DNA from: a virus
Lineage: Duplodnaviria; Caudoviricetes
IMG/VR virus record: IMGVR_UViG_3300017909_003313
Coordinates: 1-35,613 of that record
Direction: 5' to 3' (one strand)
Length of the DNA stretch: 35,613 bases
Shown here piece by piece: positions 1 through 7,889 of the stretch (the first letter of the stretch is position 1; each line of letters starts with the position of its first letter). The notes beneath the pieces are model-generated. The model saw only the letters and a program-made list of their open reading frames with translations. It was not told where the DNA came from and did no database searches. The position numbers were made by a program, and so were the translations under genes.

Positions 1-791
1 GCAAAACTTCTGAAACCCATTGTTTGGAAAATTTGTTCTTTGTATGGGTTACGAACTGTTCTTGTGGCAGATCTAATTGCACCAGATACGTTTAGATCTC
101 CAAGACCTAATTCTCTTGGTAAGTTACCTGCACTCGCTACTGTACGTGCCAAGACACTACCTAGACCAGATCCTGCAGCAGCTTCGAGTGCACCAGAAAT
201 TCCACTACTTTCAAAACCTGTTTTCATTTTTTCAAAAGTATCTGCAACTTTAAGTTCTCCAGCCATACCTCCACCCATAAGAGTTCCAATATTTTCAATA
301 TTAAACTCTGCACCATATTTTGCTTGTGGTGAGTTAGGAATGTAAAGAGATATTGATGAATCTATTTTTCTAGTTTGTCTTGTTTGTGTTGCACCAGAGT
401 TTTGTATCAATTTGGTTGCACCAGCAGCTACTGCAAACCCACCAGCACCTGAACCAAGATTGCCAATATTAGCTGCTTTTAATCCACCAGCTGCAAGAGT
501 ACCAAATAAAGTACCACCTGTGAGTGCAAGGAATTTAGTTCGGTCGTTTTCAACCTTTAATGCTGCTGCAGCACCTTCATCTCCTTCTCCTGCCTTTTTC
601 GCTAAATCTTGATTTCTTGATTCTCTTTCTGATGCGGTTTCAGTTTGATAAATGTAAAAATTGATAGCGTGTGGTTGCTCGTCAGAACCGATATCAGCAG
701 GATAACGATAAATTCGGTTGCGTCGCTTTAGCTTTTTCTTCTCGACTTTGCTATCGTTGTCTTTTGGTTGTGTTTCGTTATCTAATGACAT
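1..791 (-). CDS. gp48: Baseplate tail-tube cap protein (T4 gp48-like), truncated at window edge
   Basis: Not in the ORF track because it runs off the edge. Manual translation from ATG at 791: MSLDNETQ...IYRYPADIG...ISLYIPNSPQAKY...VRNPYKEQIFQTMGFRSF, matching gp48 motifs (YP, I-x-LY-x-P, NP-x-x-EQ-x-F-x-x-x-x-FR-x-F). Divergent from gp4 and preceded by a late promoter. Confidence 0.8.
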   Translation of the reverse strand, partial: MSLDNETQPKDNDSKVEKKKLKRRNRIYRYPADIGSDEQPHAINFYIYQTETASERESRNQDLAKKAGEGDEGAAAALKVENDRTKFLALTGGTLFGTLAAGGLKAANIGNLGSGAGGFAVAAGATKLIQNSGATQTRQTRKIDSSISLYIPNSPQAKYGAEFNIENIGTLMGGGMAGELKVADTFEKMKTGFESSGISGALEAAAGSGLGSVLARTVASAGNLPRELGLGDLNVSGAIRSATRTVRNPYKEQIFQTMGFRSF

Positions 792-801
792 TCAGTTCTC
801 T

Positions 802-831
802 AATAAATAGGGTTACTTTTGGTTATTTATA
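802..831. promoter_or_regulatory. Face-to-face T4 late promoters (AATAAATA on + at 802-809; TATAAATA on - at 824-831)
   Basis: Exact or one-mismatch gp55 late consensus TATAAATA in the 40-bp gap between gp48 and gp4. Confidence 0.7.
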
Positions 832-1275
832 ATGCCTTACACAAAGAAATTACATCAAGGTCGTTTTAAACCTAAAAATTCAGCAAAATACGTTGGAGAT
901 CCTACAAATATTATTTATAGGTCTTCGTATGAGTTGAAATTTATGAAATGGTGTGACATAAACGAAAATATTACTGAATGGGGATCGGAAGAAGTCGCCA
1001 TTCCATACCGTTCACCCATTGATAATCGCATTCATCGGTATTTTCCCGACTTTTACATGAAAGTCAACAACAAAAAGTACCTAATAGAGATAAAACCTTC
1101 AAGATTTACTGAAGAACCTAAGATTCCAAAGCGTAAAACAAGACGTTTCATTGAAGAAGTCAAACAATACGGTACAAACCTTGCAAAATGGGAGAGTGCA
1201 ACAGAGTTTTGTGCTGATCAGGGCTGGGAATTCAAAATATTAACGGAAAAAGAATTAGGAATTTCGTATAAATAA
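832..1275 (+). CDS. gp4: Head completion nuclease (T4 gp4-like, TnsA-type endonuclease fold)
   Basis: Motifs KY-x-GDPTNIIYRSS-x-E, W-x-SEE, HRYFPDF, IEIKP, N-x-AKW-x-x-A, F-x-ILTE. Confidence 0.92.
   Translation: MPYTKKLHQGRFKPKNSAKYVGDPTNIIYRSSYELKFMKWCDINENITEWGSEEVAIPYRSPIDNRIHRYFPDFYMKVNNKKYLIEIKPSRFTEEPKIPKRKTRRFIEEVKQYGTNLAKWESATEFCADQGWEFKILTEKELGISYK
1267..1274 (+). promoter_or_regulatory. T4 late promoter TATAAATA
   Basis: Exact consensus just upstream of the gp2 start. Confidence 0.8.
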
Positions 1276-1279
1276 GGGT

Positions 1280-1846
1280 ATGGCTAATCCCTTTGAACAA
1301 ATCAGAGCAAACTCACAAGACCAGACGAAAAGTTTTCAATGGTATCTGAGACAAGTACGTCAATTGGCGTCTAACATTGCAACTCCAGCAGCTGCAATGC
1401 GTTCAGACATATTTGAAACAGACCCAAACATTGAAGTTGGGAGTATGTATCTGTATAGGTATGACCCAAAACATAAAGATAAACTTCCATACTATGACAC
1501 CTTTCCGTTGGTTCTACCATATGAACCAGTGCAAGGTGGATTCTATGGTTTAAATTTGCATTACCTTCCATATATGTTAAGAGCAAAACTTCTTGGACAA
1601 TTAATGGAAACAGCAGACTCGAAATCAATTAATAAAGACACCAAAATGAGATATAACTGGGCATTGCTGAAAGCTGTAGGAAATGAAATCAAACCTTGTG
1701 TAAAAAGATATCTGACAAGTCACATTGTGACACAATATTATAAGGTAAACCCAGAAGATTGGAAAGCAACGATATTTCTTCCGATTGAAAACTTCATGGG
1801 TGCAAATAAAGATAAAGTATTCAGAGATTCGAGGCAAATGGTATAA
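1280..1846 (+). CDS. gp2: DNA end protector protein (T4 gp2-like)
   Basis: Motifs YDPKHKDKLPYYDTFPLV, GLNLHYLP, PCVKRYL, DW-x-x-x-x-FLP. Confidence 0.92.
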   Translation: MANPFEQIRANSQDQTKSFQWYLRQVRQLASNIATPAAAMRSDIFETDPNIEVGSMYLYRYDPKHKDKLPYYDTFPLVLPYEPVQGGFYGLNLHYLPYMLRAKLLGQLMETADSKSINKDTKMRYNWALLKAVGNEIKPCVKRYLTSHIVTQYYKVNPEDWKATIFLPIENFMGANKDKVFRDSRQMV

Positions 1847-2478
1847 TGGCAAATTTCCAACTAAATGATTTCATTACAAAAATACGAGAAGAGGATCTTG
1901 CTCGTTCCAGTAGATTTGAGGTAGTTTTCACAACTCCAGGAAAATCTAATAAAGGTAGAGGTGTTTCGCTTCTTTGTGAAGAAGCTGCAATTCCTGGATT
2001 GATTTCATCATTTGTTCCAACGAAGATTGGTAACTGGACAGAATACCGTATTCACGGTTTAGAATTTTTCGGCGACAACGCCACATTTACTTTTTATTGC
2101 GACACCAATTGGGGTGTAAGAGAATATTTTGAAGATTGGATTGGTTCAGCGCAAGTAGATCCAATCTCTAAAGAAGTCGGATTCTATGACGACTACACGG
2201 CAGATATTGAAATATATACTTTAGATCGTGGAGATAATAGAACTGGAAAATGGTGTCTCAGAGATGCATTTCCAAGGCTGATTAACTTAACACCAGTATC
2301 ACAAGCATCTGATGCACCAGCAAGGGCAACAATAACCTTTGCATACAAGTATTGGACTTCTGATACTCTTGAAGAAGGATTCCGTGGTGGCGGTGGCAGA
2401 CTTGGGAATATTAAGAGATTTGTTAATATGTTTAAAAACGATGGAAAAGGTTTTAAAGACCTTTTTGATATTGATTAG
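1846..2478 (+). CDS. Tail tube / baseplate tail-tube initiator (T4 gp54/gp19 family)
   Basis: LAR-x-x-RFEV, LLCEEA-x-IPG, TFYCD, R-x-YFEDW, DAFP, TFAYKYW; lies between gp2 and gp26. Confidence 0.8.
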   Translation: MANFQLNDFITKIREEDLARSSRFEVVFTTPGKSNKGRGVSLLCEEAAIPGLISSFVPTKIGNWTEYRIHGLEFFGDNATFTFYCDTNWGVREYFEDWIGSAQVDPISKEVGFYDDYTADIEIYTLDRGDNRTGKWCLRDAFPRLINLTPVSQASDAPARATITFAYKYWTSDTLEEGFRGGGGRLGNIKRFVNMFKNDGKGFKDLFDID

Positions 2479-2487
2479 GAGTAAATT

Positions 2488-3186
2488 ATGACATTACCAC
2501 AAATTGATGTGCAGACATTTGATGTCAACATATCATCACTAGGAAAGAAGTTTAAGTTTAGACCTTTCTTAGTAAAAGAGGAAAAGCTATTAGTTATGGC
2601 GTCAGAGTCTAGCGACAAAGGTGACATGATTAATACTGTTCAACAAATTGTAACTAACTGCTCACTCGGTAAAGTGAATGGTGAAACATTGCCTATTTTT
2701 GATTTACAAAAAGCATTTTTAGAAATCAGAAGTATGTCAGTGTCAAACATCATTCCTCTTACAACAAAGTGTGGGCATTGTGAAGTCGAAAACGATGTTG
2801 TGTTCGATCTTGATGAAGTTAAAATCAAGAAATCAAGAGGACACAGTAAACAAGTTAAAATTGGCGACACAATGGTTATTGAAATGAAATATCCAAAAGT
2901 ACAACAGATTGAAAAACTTTTGGGTGATAATGCTGAAGATATTTACAAAGTAACTGCAGATTGTATTGAAACAATCTATCATGAAGATGAAGTTATTGAG
3001 TTTCAAGAAAGTCCTTTAGAGGAAAGACTTGATTTTATCGAAGGTTTCTCAACAAAACATTTTGAAGGAATTAGAAATTTTTACGAAACTATGCCTACAT
3101 TGTTACATACTATTGATTACACGTGTAAGGCATGCAAAAAGGACAATACTTTAGTTATTGATGGATACGAAAATTTTTTCGTCTAA
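2488..3186 (+). CDS. gp26: Baseplate hub assembly protein (T4 gp26-like)
   Basis: MTLP start, KFRPFLVKEEKLL, two CxxC motifs, MKYP, F-x-ETMP-x-L, C-terminal G-x-x-x-FF. Confidence 0.9.
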   Translation: MTLPQIDVQTFDVNISSLGKKFKFRPFLVKEEKLLVMASESSDKGDMINTVQQIVTNCSLGKVNGETLPIFDLQKAFLEIRSMSVSNIIPLTTKCGHCEVENDVVFDLDEVKIKKSRGHSKQVKIGDTMVIEMKYPKVQQIEKLLGDNAEDIYKVTADCIETIYHEDEVIEFQESPLEERLDFIEGFSTKHFEGIRNFYETMPTLLHTIDYTCKACKKDNTLVIDGYENFFV

Positions 3187-3359
3187 GCCTCTCTCACGAG
3201 ACCTTGCAGAATTTGTTCAAGACGAACTTTTTATTAATGCAAGAACACAAATATTCATTGACGGAGATAGAGTCAATGGTTCCTTGGGAGAGGGAAGTTT
3301 ACGTTGCTATGTTAATTGAACATCTAAAGAAAAAAGCGGAAAACGCAAAACAGAGATAG
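3180..3359 (+). CDS. gp51: Baseplate hub assembly catalyst (T4 gp51-like); possibly expressed by -1 frameshift from gp26
   Basis: Missing from the ORF track. Frame reads RLSLSHETLQNLFKTNFLLMQEHKYSLTEIESMVPWEREVYVAMLIEHLKKKAENAKQR*, with the gp51 signature NF-x-LMQ-x-HKYSLTEIE-x-M-x-PWER-x-x-Y. First ATG (3237) lies inside the conserved region; TTG at 3204 and 3213. Confidence 0.85.
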   Translation, partial: RLSLSHETLQNLFKTNFLLMQEHKYSLTEIESMVPWEREVYVAMLIEHLKKKAENAKQR

Positions 3360-3363
3360 AAAA

Positions 3364-4821
3364 ATGGCACAAGAGTTAATGGCTTTAAAACCAGAATTGC
3401 AAAAGGAAACAGGGGATAATGTAATAGGATTCCCTGACCTGATCAGTCAGCGAAAAGGAGATGCATCTTTTGCACCTATTGCTATGCAGAATGGATTCCA
3501 AGCAATGGCTGGTGGAAGCAGTGGTGGAGGAACAAGAAATACACCAGAAGGTAATGTTACTGCATTATTTGGCGAACTACAAGCTGCATCCGAATTATCT
3601 CTTGACGAATTAGCAAAACAATCTGAGTTATTAAAAGACATTAAAGAGAATACTGATCCAAAAGTTGATACTGCTGGTGGACAAAAACCTGCAAAAACCG
3701 AAGAAGATATTAAAAAGAAATTAGAGGGTGACAAAGAAGAGATTACCGAAGAACAAGGTAACAAAATTATCAAACTCTTAGATGAGGCAAATGGTACTAC
3801 AGCAAACTTGGCGATGTTTATGTCTGCTCTTGGTGGATCATTATCTGCATTAAACACCACTGGTGACGAACTGTTAGACGGTGGTAAAGGTGTGGCAAAA
3901 CTTGGCGTTGCCTCAGCAATGTTGGCTGGACGTTCTGCAATTAATATGGGTAGAAAACTCGTTGACAAACCTGATCCAAAAGTTGACCCAAAAGCAAATA
4001 AACAAAATCAAAATAGTAAGAATCTCGAACAAAAACAAAATCAAGACAACAAAAAGAAAATTGAAAATAAAAAGACTACACCGCCAAAGAATTCTGTAGT
4101 AAAAGAGGCAAGTAAAAAAGGGTTACAAAAACAAGGAAGAAATGTAGCGTTAAGAACATTAGGTAGAGTCGCTCTCGGTGCAACTAACCCAGTGATTGCA
4201 GTAGGATTAGCTGCCTCGGGACTTTATGATGGAATTACTTTTGGAATGCGTGCATTGGGATATGGTGATAAAGTAGATGCATTCGAAGACGGAGTAGCAG
4301 ATTTTCTTGGGATTGAAAGCGAAGAAGAAAAGGCAGAAAGACTGGATCAAGAAAAAGCTGCAAGAACAGAAGCCACTGATAGAATTATCACTAGGATTCA
4401 AGAGTCTGATTTATCAGACGAAGATAAACAAGCAGAAATAGAAAAAGTACAAGAAGCGTTAAAAGATTCTAACGTACAAGGTGGTGGTCGTGGTGGTGCT
4501 AAAAAAAGAACAACAGGTAGCAGGAATTTAAAGAAATTTCAAGAGAAATATAATGTTGAGGATTTAGTTGATCAGACCACTGCACCGCCACCTCAATCTT
4601 CAAAACAGGTTGAAGAAACTACTCAAGAACAACAACAAGCAATGTTAGAACAACAACAACCTATTGTCAATGTACCAGAGCAACCTGCACCAAATGTAAA
4701 TATACCACCACAGCCTACACCAAATATACAAGTGGCTGCAACACTTCCAAGAACAGGACTTCCAAGAGATTTAGAGTTGACAACAGGACAGGCGAGACTA
4801 CCCAAGTTTATCGTATCATAA
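3364..4821 (+). CDS. Putative tape-measure-like / baseplate hub structural protein
   Basis: 485 aa; charged helical segments alternate with Gly/Ala hydrophobic stretches, plus a P/Q-rich C-terminus. Function inferred only from its position after gp26/gp51. Confidence 0.4.
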   Translation: MAQELMALKPELQKETGDNVIGFPDLISQRKGDASFAPIAMQNGFQAMAGGSSGGGTRNTPEGNVTALFGELQAASELSLDELAKQSELLKDIKENTDPKVDTAGGQKPAKTEEDIKKKLEGDKEEITEEQGNKIIKLLDEANGTTANLAMFMSALGGSLSALNTTGDELLDGGKGVAKLGVASAMLAGRSAINMGRKLVDKPDPKVDPKANKQNQNSKNLEQKQNQDNKKKIENKKTTPPKNSVVKEASKKGLQKQGRNVALRTLGRVALGATNPVIAVGLAASGLYDGITFGMRALGYGDKVDAFEDGVADFLGIESEEEKAERLDQEKAARTEATDRIITRIQESDLSDEDKQAEIEKVQEALKDSNVQGGGRGGAKKRTTGSRNLKKFQEKYNVEDLVDQTTAPPPQSSKQVEETTQEQQQAMLEQQQPIVNVPEQPAPNVNIPPQPTPNIQVAATLPRTGLPRDLELTTGQARLPKFIVS

Positions 4822-4853
4822 AAAAAGGGCAGATGTTTAGTCTGCCCTTTCTT
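4820..4853. terminator. Bidirectional intrinsic terminator
   Basis: AAAGGGCAGA-tgtttag-TCTGCCCTTT, A-run on the left and T-rich on the right, between convergent genes. Confidence 0.85.
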
Positions 4854-4863
4854 CTACCTTAAC

Positions 4864-5025
4864 TTACGCAGACCATGATGTGCCACGATATATACCGTGT
4901 TTCATCTTGGAACTATTCTGTTTAGGTAAGTTTTTGTAAGATACTCCTCTATAGACACCAGAGTCGATTGAGACTCCTTTTTCTACTGCTTGAGGAGTGA
5001 CCTTGATACCGCGATAGTATTCCAT
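4864..5025 (-). CDS. Small YRG-repeat protein (DUF4278-like), 53 aa
   Basis: Manual translation MEYYRGIKVTPQAVEKGVSIDSGVYRGVSYKNLPKQNSSKMKHGIYRGTSWSA*; three YRG motifs; AAGGGAGA Shine-Dalgarno upstream. Confidence 0.8.
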   Translation of the reverse strand: MEYYRGIKVTPQAVEKGVSIDSGVYRGVSYKNLPKQNSSKMKHGIYRGTSWSA

Positions 5026-5058
5026 AACACTTCTCCCTTAATTTTAGTTAAAAGAAAT

Positions 5059-5160
5059 GCGTTCCTTCGACTTTCGGTCTCGTTCGGCGATTGCCTACTA
5101 GCTAACCCACAAATGTGGAGGTTTTCAGGTCTACTTCCGTCTCTTGCGAGATGAACGTGA
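5059..5160 (-). ncRNA. Glutamine riboswitch (glnA-motif class) with enlarged P3
   Basis: Minus strand reads CGUUC-AUCUC-GCAA-GAGAC-GGAAGUA-GAC...GUC-GAAG-GAACGC: P1 CGUUC/GAACG, GNRA-capped P2, conserved GGAAGUA and GAAG E-loop strands. Sits directly upstream of a DUF4278-like gene, a known association for glutamine riboswitches. Confidence 0.8.
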
Positions 5161-5166
5161 TACAAT

Positions 5167-5174
5167 TATTTATA
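5167..5174 (-). promoter_or_regulatory. T4 late promoter TATAAATA driving the riboswitch transcript
   Basis: Exact consensus about 7-10 nt upstream of riboswitch P1, immediately after the gp32 terminator. Confidence 0.8.
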
Positions 5175-5177
5175 AGC

Positions 5178-5206
5178 AAAAAAAAGGGGATCCGAAGATC
5201 CCCTTT
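5178..5206 (-). terminator. Intrinsic terminator of gp32
   Basis: GGGGATC-TTCG-GATCCCC followed by a T8 run on the minus strand (T4-style cUUCGg loop). Confidence 0.9.
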
Positions 5207-5224
5207 CTCAGTTAGACTAACTGT

Positions 5225-6136
5225 TTAGTCGTCTTCAGCCAATTTAGCAAAGTATGACAATGTGTCATCCTCGTCTTCATCAGCATTACTGACAACAGTG
5301 GCAGGAGTCGATTTATCAACAAAGATTTGATCTTCAACATCACCAGTTTGTTCAGCTACTTTCTCAGCAGTTGTTACTTTTGCACCACCAGCAAGAACCA
5401 TATCTAATTTGGTTTTCAACTCTTCATAAGACTTGAAGTTTTTAGGATCTACAATCTCTGCAAGAGAGTGCTGTTTAGCCCACAATTCCTCAATCGCTTC
5501 ATCAGATTCAGCGACAGGTGTAGGAGTTGACTCAAACTCAGACTTGTCATAGTTTCTATAACCATCAACTTGTCTTGCTTTCAGTTTGAAATTAACACCT
5601 TCCCAGAAATCAAATGGGTTTACTGGAGTCTCGTCCTCGAACTGAGGTTGCATAACATCTTTGATTTTATCAAAGATTTTCTTACCGAACTTGTAAAGCA
5701 TTACCTGTCCTTCGTTTGAAGGATTAGCAGGATCTTTTACAACAAGAACATTTGCATAGTAAGAAAGTCTACGCTTCTGTTTACGAGCGAGATCTTTGTT
5801 TGCCTCGACACCACTGTTCCACAGTTCGCTGTTCAATTCAGAAACTGGATCCTGTTGGTTTAGAGTTGTGAGGGAGTTTTCGATGTACCATTTACCAGTT
5901 GGTCCTTGGAACCCATGATTAAACATTCTAACCCATGGAAGTTCCTCGCCTTTAGGGGCAGGCAAAAAACGAAGAACGGCATAACCGTTACCAGCGGAAT
6001 CTACTGAGAGTTTCCACTCGTTACCATCGTCTTTTTTGTAGTTGGTTTGAGGGGCATCTATTTTTTCGACTTCTTTCATTAGGTTGTCGAAAGAACCTCT
6101 TGCTTTACGCAAGTCAGACAGTGTATTAAACGACAT
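5225..6136 (-). CDS. gp32: Single-stranded DNA-binding protein
   Basis: GNGYAVLRFLPAP, HGFQGPTGKWYIENSLTT, YKFGKKIFDKI, NPFDFWEG-x-NFKLK, YRNYDKSEF, acidic tail with SYFAKLA. Confidence 0.97.
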   Translation of the reverse strand: MSFNTLSDLRKARGSFDNLMKEVEKIDAPQTNYKKDDGNEWKLSVDSAGNGYAVLRFLPAPKGEELPWVRMFNHGFQGPTGKWYIENSLTTLNQQDPVSELNSELWNSGVEANKDLARKQKRRLSYYANVLVVKDPANPSNEGQVMLYKFGKKIFDKIKDVMQPQFEDETPVNPFDFWEGVNFKLKARQVDGYRNYDKSEFESTPTPVAESDEAIEELWAKQHSLAEIVDPKNFKSYEELKTKLDMVLAGGAKVTTAEKVAEQTGDVEDQIFVDKSTPATVVSNADEDEDDTLSYFAKLAEDD

Positions 6137-6198
6137 ATTTTTTCTCCTGTATAGCGTTATATTTACGTTGTATATTTTGTCCTTTATCAGCGGACGAG

Positions 6199-6771
6199 TT
6201 ATTTATAAAGATTCTCACCTATATATCTCATTTCGTCTGTTAATTTGACAAATGGTCGATATTTTCTTATGAGCAAATGTATGCTTTCTAAGAAGATATC
6301 TGGTGTATTATCGCTCATTTTAAACAATTTGTCAAGCAAAACTAACGTCTCAATTGAAATTTTTTTTCCAAGATATAGACGATAGACCAATGCATGTTGT
6401 CCTTGATCAGCGACAAACGGATTAGAGATAGATTCTTTTTCCATCTCTAATTTTATCAGTTCGATATCTTGTTCAAACTGATAAACTCTTCTTGCCTTGC
6501 GAGCCTTCCATTCCTTATAAACTTCAGAGGCACGAGTATCAAACATCCCACCCCATTTATCTCCAGAAACAAAGTTTGCTACGAGCAAGTCAATAATCTC
6601 TTTCTTTTTATAATCACGTGCAAGTTTACGCATTGATATAATATCTTTCCTTTTCAGGAATGCTTTCTCACTCGCCTTTACACCACCACGTGTTTTTGTA
6701 ATATCGTATTTTTCGGTTGTAAAGTGGAGTTTGAGAGCAAGATATAACTTGTAAACTTCAAACGGATCCAT
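6199..6771 (-). CDS. gp59: Helicase loader
   Basis: FEVYKLYLALKLHFT..YD, F-x-KRKD, VANF, ISIETL, KY-x-PF; 33-59-32 synteny as in T4. Confidence 0.9.
   Translation of the reverse strand: MDPFEVYKLYLALKLHFTTEKYDITKTRGGVKASEKAFLKRKDIISMRKLARDYKKKEIIDLLVANFVSGDKWGGMFDTRASEVYKEWKARKARRVYQFEQDIELIKLEMEKESISNPFVADQGQHALVYRLYLGKKISIETLVLLDKLFKMSDNTPDIFLESIHLLIRKYRPFVKLTDEMRYIGENLYK
6200..6207 (-). promoter_or_regulatory. T4 late promoter TATAAATA upstream of gp32
   Basis: Exact consensus overlapping the gp59 stop codon. Confidence 0.75.
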
Positions 6772-7067
6772 TACAAAGGCAACTTCCCAGACTTCTCTCC
6801 TTTGAGAAGATTAAGGTCGGCTGCTTCGACTGCAATCTTTTCTTTTAGATTTGCAGTAAGCAATTTCTTAACAGATTCTATTTCCATATTATTCTTTTCA
6901 CAGAATGCAACAATGGTATCAATATAACCTGACTTAGTTCTCACAGCTTCTTTTTCTATGTGTTGTGAGAAATCAGAAGAACTTTTAAATTGTTTGGTGA
7001 TAAGATATTCATCAGTAACTTCTGATGGATCTGTGTTCATATCATTATCAACTACTACTTTCGGCAT
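6771..7067 (-). CDS. gp33: Late transcription coactivator
   Basis: FS-x-x-IE, YID-x-IV-x-FCEKN-x-x-EIE, LKEKI-x-x-EA-x-x-LN-x-L, KLPL. Start moved to 7067 (MPKVVV, GGAG upstream). Confidence 0.88.
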   Translation of the reverse strand: MPKVVVDNDMNTDPSEVTDEYLITKQFKSSSDFSQHIEKEAVRTKSGYIDTIVAFCEKNNMEIESVKKLLTANLKEKIAVEAADLNLLKGEKSGKLPL

Positions 7068-7887
7068 CGTATCTCCGTTTCCATTCTCTAATATATTCAA
7101 TGGCATCTTGACTCCTTTTTATATAGGGTGTATCACATCGCGTATGTTCAGCTTCTCCTTTCCTATCAAATTCGTATACAATAGGGTGCTCAAATGCTTC
7201 CGCTATCTGTTGAATCGAATAAGGATGGTTAGATCCGAAATGCGCTTCCTTTATTTTCTTTTCCGCACTAACGAGATTTGCAACTCCCATGGCAACGTCT
7301 TCAACCCATGTAAAATCTCTAGTTTTATTACCAGTTCCAAATATCCTGAGACTCTCACCTCGTTCAACTTGGTTTTTAAATGCTCTGATCACAGTACTGT
7401 GTTCTCCGTAGTCTGCCTCTCTTGGACCATATACGTTATAAAAGTACATTAAGTGATATTGCAAATTAAAACTTCTCTGATAAAAATTCAATGTTTCCTC
7501 ACACATAGCTTTTCCAAAGGTGTAAGGGTTTGAGTATGCATCGCTAAAAATATTACTTGATGATGTTGCAAAATATAATGGACAATTATACCTCAAAGCA
7601 TACTCGCAGACAACCACTGTTGGGTTTATATTATTTAAAATAGACTCTGCAGGATTCTCAAATGACATCCTGATTCGAGGTGTATTAGCTAAATGAACAA
7701 TGGCGTCACATGGTGGTATAATGGCAGTACACACATCTTCGAATATATAATGAACATTCGGTTTGTGTGTAACAAACTTACCATTTCTTTGATCATCTAT
7801 GACTGTGATTTCGTAACTTGCTTCTGCAAATAACTCAACTAAATGGCTTCCAATAAAACCACAACCACCAGTAACAACAATATGCAT
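7048..7887 (-). CDS. NAD-dependent epimerase/dehydratase
   Basis: VTGGCGFIGSHL, YxxxK (YTFGK), FYNVYGP, G-x-G-x-x-TRDF. Confidence 0.92.
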   Translation of the reverse strand: MHIVVTGGCGFIGSHLVELFAEASYEITVIDDQRNGKFVTHKPNVHYIFEDVCTAIIPPCDAIVHLANTPRIRMSFENPAESILNNINPTVVVCEYALRYNCPLYFATSSSNIFSDAYSNPYTFGKAMCEETLNFYQRSFNLQYHLMYFYNVYGPREADYGEHSTVIRAFKNQVERGESLRIFGTGNKTRDFTWVEDVAMGVANLVSAEKKIKEAHFGSNHPYSIQQIAEAFEHPIVYEFDRKGEAEHTRCDTPYIKRSQDAIEYIREWKRRYDAESSS

Positions 7888-7889
7888 AT

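Noticed and set aside
40-612. Plus-strand ORFs 40-345 and 412-612
   Set aside because: Antisense shadows of the Gly/Ala-rich gp48-like gene on the minus strand.
4983-5165. 60-aa minus-strand ORF in the track
   Set aside because: It spans the riboswitch and has no Shine-Dalgarno; the better gene is 4864-5025 in another frame.
7068-7106. N-terminal extension of gp33
   Set aside because: It overlaps the epimerase; a GGAG-preceded ATG at 7067 is the better start.
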